Shown here one piece after another: positions 1 to 13,326 of a stretch of 64,000 nucleotides of DNA; the first letter of the stretch is position 1; every line of letters starts with the position of its first letter. The stretch comes from Eledone cirrhosa (lineage: Eukaryota). Location: the NCBI GenBank assembly GCA_964016885.1, contig OZ024740.1:90458001-90522000 (forward strand), read 5' to 3'. Below the pieces are notes generated by a model. The model worked only from the letters and a program-made list of their open reading frames with translations, searched no databases and was not told where the DNA came from. The translations under genes were made by a program, and so were the position numbers.

Positions 1-509
1 ACCTATCATAGTAGATTTTTTTAACAGATTGCAGCTATAGATTGCGTTTGAGTATGTTGATTATGCTGGAAGTGGTTTACACTATCAAAATGAATGTGAT
101 TGAATACTTTTAAAACGGAATTTACACCACTGTTTATTTATTATTCAATAAGTTACACACAATCACATGAGTCAACATCAGAATTTGTTCCATGACAAAA
201 GATATTGAGAGTAAAATAGTAAGAACATATGAATTTATGTATTAAAATCATTTACTGATTCAGCTGGCGTATAACTTGTTTTATGTTCTCCTCATATATC
301 CTGGTTTGCAATACATAACGGGATTTATATATCAGATTTTCAACATTAAATTCCATTAAGATATTATCAAACTCGGATCTATCACTATAGATGAGTGCAC
401 GAAATAAATTGAATTGTACATTTCTTGTTGCAAGGATCAAATAAATCCCATGCATAGTTAAAAAATGATAAACAAATACACCACCTTGTTAAACACATAA
501 TACCCCCCC

Positions 510-574
<65 letters not shown>

Positions 575-614
575 CGAAACATAAGTCAATTGCATGAGCT
601 CATAATCCTTTATT

Positions 615-672
615 TACTGCTATATTTATTTCGATGATAGCCATTGAATGGCTATGCAATCATCAGTCAGTT
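615..672 (-). ncRNA. degenerate type-I hammerhead ribozyme in a short element flanked by (TA)n
   Basis: Minus strand reads actga-CTGATGA-ttgcATAGCCA..TGGCTATcatc-GAAA-T-aaat-ATA-gcagt. It is related to the HHR at 12667-12721. A copy of the host element with the HHR partly deleted is at about 59227-59355. Confidence 0.5.
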
Positions 673-750
673 AGTGAGTTCTTAGATATGCCAGCTCTAT
701 GTTTATAGCATTGATGGTATCAGAGCCTTGGGACATATATATATATATAT

Positions 751-864
751 AGGAACCAGTAAGACCCCGACAGCTGAGCTCAAGCCGTTTCGACGGCTAA
801 TTCTGAGTCCAGAATTAGCCGTCGAAACGGCTTGAGCTCAGCTGTCGGGGTCTTACTGGTTCCT
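751..864. repeat. perfect fold-back palindrome (55-bp arms, 4-nt spacer) of an HHR-element 3' end
   Basis: 751-805 is the exact reverse complement of 810-864. The arm matches 22735-22789, and the downstream part matches 52557-52635. Confidence 0.9.
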
Positions 865-942
865 ATTACCCACTCTACTACCTCAAGTATTGAGTACTTT
901 GGTGCGTTATGGTCCACCTGGTTCCTTACCACATTTCCTTCG

Positions 943-983
<41 letters not shown>

Positions 984-1379
984 AATGTGCTCAAAGGAGA
1001 AGAAATCATGAGGTCTTTAAAATACATTATGTTGAAAAGGCAACACACCAGAGAGAGATATACAGTGCGCCATCAATAATATTGATGTGTTTTAAAGAGC
1101 TCAAAATTTCTTCTCATTTGATCATATTATTTACAGGGAATAGCGAGGGCCTATGCCTCCGTTAATTTATCGTGATATTTCGCTCCTAATAACAGTATTT
1201 CCTATCTCTGTTTGCTTGAGCACACTTCTCTGAGTGGCTTTGGGCTGCCCTTTCTAGCAGTTCGTCCCTCAGAGGCCACTGGTTCACTGCCCTTAAACAC
1301 GCTGTGAGTTCTCTCTCCCACGTGTAGCTGGACAGTCACTTTTAAAATTCTCTTAGTGTTGTCGGAAATGTATAGCCTT

Positions 1380-1473
1380 ACACACGCTGATGAACCGAGG
1401 CTACCCCATTACTTTCAACAAATTACTGGTGAAACATATCTTTGGATTAGTATCTTTGGATTTGTACGTGTGT
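1380..1473 (+). ncRNA. type-I hammerhead ribozyme with long loops
   Basis: acacacg-CTGATGA-ACC..GGT-GAAA-CA..TG-TA-cgtgtgt gives a perfect 7-bp stem I and a GUA triplet. Loop III has a 14-nt tandem duplication. The host element (about 981-1645) has inverted ends (1028-1078 vs 1588-1638). Confidence 0.65.
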
Positions 1474-1642
1474 TATATAGTTATAGAGGTATTTATTTAC
1501 GCTTTAATTTATATTTTTAATTATCGTGTCTATAGTCTGCCTTTCATAGGTTATAGATTCCATACAATTATGGTTTTTTTCCCTGTTTTATTGATGGCGC
1601 ACTGTATATCTCTCTCTGGTGTGTTGCCTTTTCAACATATTG

Positions 1643-1724
<82 letters not shown>

Positions 1725-1886
1725 TTGGTGCTCTGAAATACCGATATATATATACATGAATGTATATACAGTGTATTTTGCAACACATTGTATGCTTAAT
1801 TAAAAGCATTTCGAAGAACTTACGCTATTGTTTCAGAGTAGTGACAGTCTCACTTACTTTAGATGTTCAGCAAACAGGGGAGATAA

Positions 1887-1931
1887 AGCTGACAGAGCTC
1901 TGTTTCGTACTGATTGGTACTTATCAAAGAC
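1887..1931 (-). ncRNA. hammerhead ribozyme, U3-A8 variant core (UUGAUAA)
   Basis: Minus strand: TTGATAA-GTAC caatca GTAC-GAAA-C agagctct GTC. Stem III is palindromic and stem I is weak. Homolog at 59823-59871. Confidence 0.6.
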
Positions 1932-2644
1932 AAGTACTCCACCTGTTTGCTGAAAATCATGAATGTTTGATTCTTATAGAATTCTAGTAATAATCAGGAA
2001 CTGATTATACAGAGCGGTTGCCGGTCAAGTAGAAATTGAAAATTAGGTTGTTCATGGAGACGTTCTCTGGTAATGAACGGAAAAAACGAAGATAATACGT
2101 CATTATGTGCAGCAATGAGAACAATTACACGGAAAGACAAAACCACGTAAATGGGATAACTGAAGTTGTAGACTAAAATTCTATATAGAAAACCGAATGA
2201 TTCTCGGCTTCAGAGTTAAGAATAAAGTAAATAAAATAGAGAGGTAATTGAAATTAAACATATACATACACGTATCCATATACGTACATACACAACAAAA
2301 AACAAAAAAAACACGCCCTCACATACTGAAATACTGAACCCACGCAACGCCTTACTCGCACACATTCGAACGTATACACCAAATACACATAACATATATA
2401 TAAAAAAAAACATATATACATATACATGTGTGAATGTGTGTGTGCCTGTATACATAATTAAATAAACGTATATAAATATACACACATAAATACGTATATA
2501 ACGCGTGTACACAAACACCTACATGTAAATACACACATGATCGCGGACGACGTCAACCAAAACACAACGTACACATACACACACACCCTACAAACGTACG
2601 AACACGCTTACTCACACAGGTGCAAAACTCACGTATAAACATAA

Positions 2645-2709
<65 letters not shown>

Positions 2710-2776
2710 CAACGGGAGGAAACCATAATAGTACCACTGATAATGTCACAGATGCATGACGAAAGAACTGCGATAG

Positions 2777-2834
<58 letters not shown>

Positions 2835-4133
2835 ATACTTGGGGAGGGTCATATTTGTGTAATAATATTTCTGTAATATTAATAACAGAACACATTCACT
2901 CCTTGGTTGGTTTTCGCTTCTGTGTCTTTTGTATCGGTTAATTTAATTTATTCGGTCCTCAATGTTACCATTGACTAACCAAAGGTAAAAAATACAGATA
3001 TAATATAGACACAAACACATATATATATAGTCTAACAAAGTTCGTTCGTTGCACATCTGCAACAGCGTCATCGGTACTATTATGTTTCCTCATGTTGTAT
3101 TGTATGCCTACGCCATCTTTATTTACTCTGTTTATTTATTTATTTATTTATTTATTTATGCCTTCTTGTCTGCGCATCCCTTTGTGTGTGTGTGTATTGT
3201 GTTTGCGTGACTGTGTATTACACACAAGTTAACGAACTTTACAGACAGAAATGCATTAAGGGTAAGAAAGTTCGAAATCTCACCACACCAAACGAGAGGG
3301 ATGAACTCATGACCGTCATTCGACGTGAAACGAAATACGCCCAAAACGAATGCAATAGGCATTTTAAGAAGAAATTAGAATGGATGAATAAGTAAAACAA
3401 CTAGAAGAAAGAAAAATAGATTATTCACAAAAATACCCAGATAACATCAACAATATCCGTGTGACTGATGTAGAAATACGGGAAGCATTTACCAATGACC
3501 ACACAGTAAATATGGATGGGAACACTTTAATCAGTGAACAAGGACAACCAATTCTGCAGCTACCACCAACATTTGCTATCTACAAAAAAGATTAATCCTA
3601 TCGAGTGCAAAACGGAGCTGGAAAAGTGTTACACAAAAATACGTTGGAATTCAAAAGTAAACAACAACAACTATACGGACAACAACAACAATAATAACGA
3701 TAGTAGTAATATAAACAATAACTCTGAGTATAGAAATAACAGCTATAGTAGTAATAGTCATAGTAATAACAATTGCAGGAGAGTGAGAAATAGTAATAAT
3801 AATAATGGTAATAATATTAACGATAACAGAACAACAGCAACAGCAATAATAATAATAGAAAAATTAACGTCAGACACAGCAGCAGCCACCACAGTAGTAA
3901 CACTGGTAATAATACGAGTAACAACCAAAACAACCAGAGTGGTAATAATAGAAATAATACATGTAGCAACATTAATGATAGACACACCAACAACAACAAC
4001 AAAAACAAGAAACATAATAACAGTAACAACCACAATGGTAGAAATAACAGTAACAACAACAATAACGGTGGAGAAAACAACAACAATACATCTAACAATC
4101 ATAGCAACAATACATCTAGCAATCATAACAATA

Positions 4134-4271
4134 ATAATTGTTTCTACTTTTGGCACAAGGCCAGCAATTACCCAGTACATTACTGGTACTTTATTTTATC
4201 GACCCCGTAAGGATGAAAGGCAAAGTTAACCTCGGCGGGATTTGAACTCAGACCGTAAAGGGACGTAACTA
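4134..4271 (-). mobile_element. tRNA-derived SINE (5'-truncated)
   Basis: Minus strand carries B-box GAGTTCAAATC, the central GCCTTTCATCC..GGGGTCGATAAA..AGTACCAG block and an (ATT)-like tail. Same family as 13212, 25024 and 56686. Confidence 0.8.
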
Positions 4272-4289
4272 TAATCATAACAATAATAA

Positions 4290-7200
4290 TGATTTCATTT
4301 ATTAACCACAAGGGCCGACCTGTAGGGGACAATACAAAGACAGGGACAGTGGGGTTTACAATAAGGTCGAGTAAAGGTGCACAATGGCAAGACTAATTTA
4401 ACAATGAAAATATAAAAATATAAAATAAACTATGCCTAAATATAACAAAATAAATTCCCCGATAGGGGGGGAACGACCATGGGGTGACTCGGGTACCCAC
4501 CAATCCTGAAACCCCCTGCGCTTCTAGGGTACCCAGGGAGAGCACCCTTCTCCTCAAGTTAGCTAGCCTATAGGCGCATGGTCAGAGTAGGTCCTTTCAC
4601 ACGAGCCATTCTCGCCACATTCACCCACCTTTTAGCAAATGTACTGGGGGGCAGCACTTCTCTCTCCACGCCCACCTTCCTTTCCAGGTGAAACTTGAAG
4701 AAGTTGATGAGGGATGGGCCGAAGAGAAAAAGTGTCTGTCTTCAGTGCTTTTAACCTGGTCCACCATATGACCTCTTTCGCAACTGCCACCAGACAGAGG
4801 AACATTTCCGCTCTTCCTGACCTAAGGAAGGCGGCGGGTCGATCTTCACTATGGACTCGGCCGATAGCCGGATTCGTTCCACACGCGACAGTAGCTGTTC
4901 GACATAACTCCACAAGTCAGTAATGCACGGACATTGGACAAGTGCGTGCAGAACGGTTTCGTCATTCTGTGCGCATCTTGGGCAGGTCCGTCTGACAGCA
5001 CTTCCGTGCCTGTAGAGTTTATCCCGAACCGGCAGTGTCCCCCGGTTGCACTACCAAGCGAGGGATTTCTGGAAAGTGTCCATCGTCCCCGGCTCAAAAG
5101 TCCTGCGGTACACACTGGTCAGTTCGATTTCGTCGAGACCCAAAGCTTCTCCGAGTGCGTCATCGCACTTGCCCACCACTAATCCTCTATAGAACTCGAG
5201 AGTGGAAGTTCCACTGATCGCTTTATCTGCTTGGTAGAGGGCAGTGAGTGCCTGGCAACATTCCAGGTGCCAGTCACCCAGTCTCGGTCTCTTCTTGACC
5301 CAGGACTGCAGCTCAGTCAAAGAAATCAGCTGCGGAAAGACGCGTCTGATAGACGGCGACCACACCTGTTCACCGTTGAGGCAGAATATCTGGAGATGTC
5401 GCAGCCTCAACGCATGTCTGCGTATCATTAGCCACGGCATGCCCACCCCTCCGCGTAGAGGGTGCTGGCAGCAGATGGACCGCCTCACCAACGGAACTTG
5501 TCCTCTCCAGAAGAATTTGAAGAGGAGCTGTTCCAACTAGACGAATCCCGGACTGGAACAAGGCACGACGGTCAGGCGGTTGTAGATGCCGGAAGCGATG
5601 TACGCATTTGACACCTCCGCGCGACCTTTCAGTAATAGCTTCCTCCAGCCCATTTTTGTGTGAGACTGGCTAGCCTGCACGTTACCTCGACCCAATTATT
5701 TTCCACCTGGAGGTCTGGGTCCGAAGCAAGCCCCGAGCAACTTTACCGGTCCCTCCGTCCAGCGCCCCACGATGCTGTCGGACGGCATGGGCTTACCTCT
5801 CCAGGTTCCGAGCTGCAAGCCCACCGACTTTTCCAGGTTAAGTTTGGCTCCTGTCAACCTTTCATATTCCTTCAATAAGGTGCCGACCAGCTCGATTTCT
5901 GAGGTGTTCGACACCATCACGGTGATGTCTTCCGCATAAGCCGACACCGCCTTTCCACGTCCCGGTTCGAGCGGGATACCCTGCAACAGCGCCAGCTTCC
6001 GCAGTACAGGTTTGAGAGTCAATACGTACAGAAGGGAAAAGAGAGGGCACCCTTGACGGACCTATCGGGAGAGCCGAAATGGTTCCGAGTGGTGGCCATT
6101 AATCTTGACCACCGAGCTTGTGCCGCTGTGCATTGCAGCGCTCCAGCTTCTGAAGACAGGGCTGATGCAGCCGACAAGGGCGTCCTGAATTTCGGCTGAA
6201 GTAATAGGCCTTTCGCTTTGCTCAGCGTCGACCGTCGAGATGCGGGGCAAGCCGTCAAGATAGGGACTGAAATCCGCTACTCTCTCAGACTCGCCACTCT
6301 CCCCGAACAACCGAGCAAAGTACTGGCGAAAGGCCTCACACATCCGCTTGGAATCGCTTATCTCGTGTCCGGCTCGGTCCGCCAAAGACCGAATTGTGGT
6401 TTTATTACCACGCTGCGCCTCCGCCACGCGGGCCCATCGAATAGCTTTGGTTCCCTCGTTTCTCAGCGCACGCGCCATGGCTCTGACAATGCAACCTTCG
6501 TGTCTCGCATTGAAGAAATGGTCTAATGCCATTTTCGCCGCTAGCACGTGAGTTGCAATGCCACTACAAATAGTCTCGTCTAATTTATCTACCAGCTACG
6601 CCTCCTTTCTATTTTTCTCTAACGCTAGTTCTTTGCTGAACTCTATCGAAGTTACTCTAATCTCTCTTTTGAGAGCCCCCCACCATCTGTTGCTGATGAT
6701 TCCCCCCTGTCAACTTTTGCTAAACTAAATTGTTGACTCGGTCCCTGTAAGCCTTACGTGCAGGAAATGACATGTTCAGCTTCCAGTAACCCGGTCCTAA
6801 CCTACGCGTTTTATCTAGGTCGACCGTACAGATCACAAATTTGTGATCTGAATAGGCGACCATTTTAAAAAGTGAGCAGCCCACACTATTTCTATCTATT
6901 TTCCTAATAAAGATCCTGTCTATATACGATCTAGATGACCCCATTCGGTTGGTCCATGTTCACATTGGCACATAGGGGAAATCTAGTCGATACCTGTCAG
7001 ACATTTGGAACTGGCTTAGTAGGTTCTTGAGGCTTTTGCACCCGCCGCTCCTATCGGCTACTCCCACACAATCCCAGCGTGCGTCTAAGATGCCATTCCA
7101 GTCCCCGCTAACAGTAAAGCGCGAGACGTACCCAGGAAGGTCTCCAGACGCCTAAAGAAGTCCGGTCGTCCGGCCCCTGTAGGGGCGTAGACGGCCAGCA

Positions 7201-9303
7201 GTCTAAAGGCACCACTTTCGCTACTGCTCACATCCAAGACCACCAACTTACCATCCGGGTCTCGGAAGATCGACCTTACATCGAGATCCAGTCCTTTCCT
7301 AAACAGCACTGCCACCCCACCTCCCATTCCCGGTCTGCTAACAGATGCGAGATATGATAGTCGTCGAAAATGGGGGCTAGTGCGCGCGTGTCGGAAATTC
7401 TTGTCTCGCTGACGGCAATCACATCCATTTCCAGCGACCTGAGGTGGTTGAGCAAGCGACCCTGCTTCCAGGGTGAACCCAGGCCGCGAAATTTAAACTT
7501 CCTACTCTTAATATGGCCAGATTGGTAAGCTAAGAGAGAGAGGAAAGTTTTACTTACCTCCCGGGGTCTTGTGAAGGTCGGGTTGTTCGACCTCTATGGT
7601 TGGTGGAGTTTCTTTTGGGAACCCCTTTAAAAGTCTTGATTTGCGTTTCACTTTCGGGGTTCCTACGTCTTGAGGAAAGCTCTCTCGAATTTCTTTGAAG
7701 GAATTTTGTGACATTCAGACAAGAAGCAAATCTGGCACACAAAATGTGCTCATTTAAAAAATCTCTCCCTCTGTTTGAATGTCCTCGCTTCGTGTTAAGA
7801 GGGCCATCAGTTTATCGTTGGCCCTTTTGACAAGCATGAAGTTTTTAACATATTGTTGGTTTGGTTTTATTTGTTTTCGTTATAGTGACTGTGGTGGTGA
7901 TGGTTTCGGTGGTGTTGTTTCGGGTATGTATGTCTTTGTTGTAGGTGTGGTGTCTGCAATTTGATGTATTTGTGTCTTTATTTGTACTTGTGTTTGTTTA
8001 GGTTGTTTGCGTTTCGGGGATTGTGGAGGTGGTGTCGATGTTGCTGTTGGTGCTGATGTTATTGGGGAAGTGTTTACGTTAGTGGTGTCTGTATTTTTTT
8101 GTTGTGTATTCTTTTGAGTTTTGATGGGTTTTTTTTTGTGAGTTTTCTCTGTGTTTTTGCACTTTTGGGTTTTCCTTCATCTTCGGTGCTGGAAGAAAAA
8201 GGGTCTGTGCCTGTGAGTTTCTCTGTGTTTGTGTGTGGGTTTATTGTTTTGTCTATGTGTATAATTGTGGGGGGGGGGAGTGGGAGAGCTTTCCTCATTT
8301 TCTCCTTGGATTGGTTTTGGTGTTGGTGGTGATCCGGCTGTTTTTGATGTTGGTGTCCGTGTTTTTGTTGGTGTTGTTTTTGGTGGTGGTGGTGCAGCTT
8401 TCCGTGCTGACACTGGCGTTGGCAACAAAGGAGGTTTGCGACCCCCTGCATTTTTGTGCTGAGTGCAGAAGGCTTGCAGATGAGTTGCTTTCCCGCAGAC
8501 GAAGCAGCGTGGCCTTCTTCCGTCAATGATTAGTTGGATTGTTGTCCCGTCCTGCAGGCGGGCAAAATCTGGGATGTTTTTCATGTCCTCCGATTTCATT
8601 TGGAGAAGAATCTCCAAATCTATTCCGGACCAGTCCTCTCTCTCTGTCCTTTTGATATCCAGGAGGGTAGTGTCTGTCCCCTCCTCGATTACGCATCCCA
8701 GCAGTCACCATATGTTCATACCTGGTGGGATGCTGGGAATGCGTACCTTCCTGTCCTTTTACCCATGTAGGACGGATGCATAATAATACGTTCCGTTCTG
8801 CAGGGGGTCACCGAGTGCTTAATAGCGAGGGCCTCGGTTTTGAACAGTACCGAGATGGTACCGAACTGTTTGCCTTTTGCTTTATACTCTATGTTACTTC
8901 CGATGTACTCCAAAGCAGCCTCGACCTCTGCTTGGCTGGCAAGTTCTACTTTTCGTGTCTGTACCGAAATGCATCGAAATAACACCGTCCTCGTTTGCAT
9001 GGCCGCTATTGCCTCGTCTGGGATGGTCAGGTTTGCCCAGGACTTCTCCCATTTAATTAGCCTCCACGCTTGTGCTAACTGTACTTCTTTATCGCTAATA
9101 TCAATATCAATATTCAATAAGCGCTTTGTTTTTGCTGTTGCTGCAGCACATGTGGTGCTTCTGATGCTCTTATTGTTGGTGTTGTCATTCTTGCTGCTGT
9201 TATTGGTGTTGTTGCTGTTGTTTTGTTTGTTGATGCTGTTGCCACCGCCATCCGTCTTTACATTGAAGCTGTCAGTGTTATTTTCGTTATTGCTCTGTCC
9301 TGC

Positions 9304-9363
<60 letters not shown>

Positions 9364-9530
9364 GGTGGTGGTGGTGGTGGTGATGTCGTTTTCAGATGAT
9401 ACTGCTGCTATCACAGAAGGTTGTGATGGTAGCTTTTTAGTTTTGCCTTCACATTCAGTAGAATGGATGACAGGCATGATTGTAGCCGTCGTAGTCGTGG
9501 TGAAATCTACAGTGGCTGCCTTTAAAATGT
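4290..9530 (-). mobile_element. Tx1/L1-clade non-LTR retrotransposon, near full length, frameshifted, with an internal RT deletion
   Basis: ORF1 remnant has a CCHC knuckle (CFVCGKATHLQAFC, 8177-8617). ORF2 remnants: APE (GGGVAVLF, VYAPT, SYIDRIF, YSDH, PGYWKLN), RT (RQGCP, AYAEDIT, AKLNLEKS) and a C-terminal CPRC..HALVQC finger. Confidence 0.85.
9301..9382. repeat. (GTT)n/(GGT)n microsatellite encoding poly-Thr in LINE ORF1
   Basis: Direct trinucleotide run seen in the sequence. Confidence 0.9.
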
Positions 9531-12437
9531 TAATGATAGGAACAACAACGACCATAATAACAATAATAGCAACACACACAACTATGACGATAGATATAAT
9601 GACAAAACCTTGGAGAATCTATTCTTCAATCCAGGTGACAAAACATATAAGATGGGTAATATCTATTCTACGAGGTTACCCTTTAATAAAAGAGTTTGTA
9701 TACCACAACAAATAGATGAAGAGACAGAGGCACAGTTCACCATAGCTAGAAATAAGATTAGACAAATAGTAGACCGGTATACTAAGAGACAAAGCAGACC
9801 AGAGGTCCAACAACTTGGGAGGAAACCTGTAGAAGGCCTGATTAGCCTCAAGCAGCGCACAAGGGATGGTGAGGTAGTATGTCTACCCACGGATAAGTCT
9901 GGTAGGATTTCAATGGACAGCATGCCGAACTACATCAAGGCTATGCAACCCCACATCACCAACACGAGCGAAATTGCACAGCAAATACATGAGGGGAGAG
10001 AGAAAATCGTCAACGCTCACATGATGATGTGGACCGACATCCTAAAGCCAAGCCGAGGCACTGCCAACAACTTCCAGGCGTCTAACAATGACATACCACA
10101 CTTGTATGGGCTCTGCAAAGACCATAAGACAGTCGACGACCCGACAACAAGACAACCAACAAGACCTGTATGCTAGCCAATATAGCTAGCAACTACATGA
10201 TCTCCTACTTCCTCTCAATGGGTATACGCCCCATAATGAAGATGTCACCAGAGGTATGTGACAGTACGGAGGACCTCCTCACAGAATCAGTGAGTGCAAC
10301 AAAAACAAAAACCTATCCAACTGCATAATAGGCAGTATGGATGTGGTTCACTGTACCCATCCATTAACATTGATTTTGCTGTGGAAGAATGTGTGGAGAT
10401 GATCATTGAGAAGGAGGTAGAGTTTTGCGACGTCGACACAGACGAACTGGGCCTCCTACTTAGACTTACCTATGACACTGTCTACCTAGACAGCCATGAC
10501 CTTAGACGTGTCTGCCCCAGTAGACCTATAAGAGGTAGACCCCACCACCATAACCTCAATGGCAAAAAAGATCCCATGGGAAGGTGGATTGGGTGGAACA
10601 AAGCTATACGGACCACCCAAAACAATGATCAGATAAGAAAATGGTCGCACATGCAATAGGGCCTAGTATCAAAACTACCCTAAAGGACCACATATTCAAA
10701 TTAAACGAGAAGATCTACATCCAAAATGAGGAAGAAGCTATTAGCGTCAGCATGTGCTGGTGACGTTGCCAACCTTATTTTGGTATGGTGGAAAAGGGGA
10801 CTCAAAGATCTCATTGATGAGAGCTCCATAGACCTCATCATGTACTCTCGTTACGTAGACGACATCAATATAGTAATAAGGACATCCCCACATGAGAGTA
10901 CTAACAAGTTTGATTTAGAACGCAGCTAAATGAAAGCATCCAGCAGATAGCTATTTCCATACACCAGAGTATAACTGTAACTATCGACTGCCCTTCCAAA
11001 CACCCTAACAATAGACTACCTGTATTAGACACGGAACTCTGGACTAACACTATAGACGAGAGAGCCCAAATTCTCCACTCACACTACTCTAAACCCATGG
11101 CCTCCAAATACCTGATACTCAAAAACTCATCAATGTCTAGTAGTGCTAATTTTAATATTCTGATCGCAGACTTGGTACGAGTGATGAAGAACGTGTCCCG
11201 CATGTGCGACCCAACATAAATGGAAAGACACATCCAACACTTCATGAACCGCATGCTGTTCTCTGGCTACAGCCAAATAGACAGAATCAGAGTATACGAA
11301 GGAGCCACGGAGAAGTATAAGACCCTCATAGAACTAGACATGAAAGGAATTATACAGGAGCAAATCATGGAATAGCTTAGATAGTACTAGACATAAGATT
11401 GGGAAAGCCACGTCATGGTACGACAACCAGAGATACCAGAGTGTCATGTTGGTGGACGCTACCCCTGGAGGGAAATTAGCTAACCAGTGTAGAAAGGCCC
11501 TGAGAAAGACCCCCTTAAAAATTAAGGTGGTAGAAAAGCCAGGAACCACCATAAAATCCCAGATCAGCAAAAGCTACTCTTTTAAGAAAACACACTGTAC
11601 TAATAGGCAATGTATTATATGTATAGTAAATCCACGGATAAACTGTAAGACTAGAACCGTAGTCTATAGCATAAGATGTACAGTGGGTACTTGCAGAAAC
11701 ATGATAACAACATACATAAGCGAGACAGTACGTAGCTTAGGTGAACTAAAAGGACGAAAAAACGGTTCAGTACTATACGAACATGCCAGACAAAAACACG
11801 ACGGTAACATGGACAACATAGAAATTAAAATAATATCTAAACATAGAAATGACCCAGCAGATAAGCAAATCAGAGAGGCCAGCGAAATAGAACTTAGAAG
11901 GCCAAACAAAAATGAATGGAATAACAACAACACCCAAACAAACAATACTGACCCAAGAGAAGTATAAATAAATAATAAAAATAAAATAAATAAATACATA
12001 CACAAGCACAATAACAAATAACACATATAAACACACACTAGTAAACTAAGATAGAATACAATAACCGATACACAGTCACCCAAACACAATACACACACGC
12101 AAACACCAGCGCAGAGAAGGCAAAAATAAATAAATAAATAAATAAACAGACTAAATAAAGATGGCGTAGGCATACAATACAACAGGAGGAACATAATAGA
12201 ACCACTGACGATATTGCAGATGTGCAACGAAAGAATTGTGTTAAACTCTATATATATGTGTTCGTCTTTATATTATATTTGTATTTTTGACCGTTGGACA
12301 TACAATGGTAACATTGAACGGAATAAATTAAATTAACCGATCTAAAAGACACAGAAGCAAAAACCAACCAAACAGTGAGTGTGTTCTGTTATTAATTCTG
12401 GCAATATTATTACACAAATATGACCCTCCCCAAGTAT

Positions 12438-12495
<58 letters not shown>

Positions 12496-12499
12496 GAGA

Positions 12500-12546
12500 T
12501 TATCACAGTGCTTTCGTCACGCATCTGTGACATCATCAGTGGTACT
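12500..12546 (-). ncRNA. hammerhead-like motif in an approximately 80-nt mini-insertion
   Basis: Minus strand: tacca-CTGATGA-tGTCAC agatgc GTGAC-GAAA-G ca CTG-tgata. Homologs at about 2733-2776 (+), 12200-12243 (+) and 63088-63130 (+). Position 17 is G, so it is probably inactive. Confidence 0.5.
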
Positions 12547-12570
12547 ATTATGTTTCCTCCCGTTGTATTA

Positions 12571-12620
<50 letters not shown>

Positions 12621-12666
12621 GTCAAATATGTAAAATTTGGCTTCGTTTAGTATAAACTATAGATAT

Positions 12667-12721
12667 ACTGCTATATATATTTCGGTGACAGCCATCATTC
12701 GCTGTGACATCTTCAGGCAGT
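12667..12721 (-). ncRNA. minimal type-I hammerhead ribozyme
   Basis: actgc-CTGAAGA-tGTCACAGC..GCTGTCACc-GAAA-T atat ATA-gcagt: perfect stem I, palindromic stem III, AUA triplet. An adjacent long hairpin (12787-12868) has G-U pairs on the same strand. Confidence 0.75.
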
Positions 12722-13211
12722 CCGAATTGGTGTAGGAAATACAAGTACACATGATGTTCAAGTGTGTTTACTCCGTCGATACATTGATATATCCAGCCCC
12801 TGGTTGTGTTTTTATTTCTCTGGGGACCTGGAAGAGGAATAACAACACAACCAGGAGCTGGACATATATATACATGTTGATAGCATTTGATTTTTGATAG
12901 ACTGAACATCATTTTAGGTTGTTTAAAGAGGCAGCTCAAATACGCTGCTCTTTGAATAATTGAATCAGTTATAGTACTGTAATCTCAATCTCTAGCACTA
13001 TAGAATTGCAGCTAGAACTTGTCAGTAATAACTTTAACCTGCGTATACCCCTCAACGTATATGTTGGGGATGGGTTGAATTGTAGAGGAATTGTAGAACT
13101 AAGAATATATGAATTAATATTTATACACACATGCACTCACACACACGCGCACGCGCGCACACACGCACGCACACACACACACATACACACACATATATAT
13201 ATATATATATG

Positions 13212-13326
13212 AAGTTCATCCCACCGAGGTTAACTTTGCCTTTCATCATTACGGGTTCGATAAAATAAAGTACCAGTAATACACTGGAATAATTGCTGGA
13301 CTTGCGCCAAAAGTAGAAACAATTAT
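13212..13326 (+). mobile_element. SINE fragment
   Basis: gcctttcatcattacgggttcgataaaataagtaccag..agtagaaacaatta matches the other SINE copies. Confidence 0.75.

Larger units (their letters stand above)
2831..12442 (+). mobile_element. Penelope-like retroelement (decayed) with inverted 5' pseudo-LTR, interrupted by a SINE and a Tx1-like LINE
   Basis: 2831-3218 is the reverse complement of about 12067-12442. RT motifs CLPTDKSG, SLYPSINID, YSRYVDDINI and DCPSKHPNNRLPVLD lie at 9610-11300. A Cys-rich linker and GIY-YIG remnant (VVYSIRC..YISET) lie at 11446-11967. Both ends abut (TA)n. Confidence 0.85.

Noticed and set aside
12622-12939. 105-aa ORF as a host exon
   Set aside because: It overlaps an HHR and a long RNA hairpin, so it is better explained as a non-coding repeat element.
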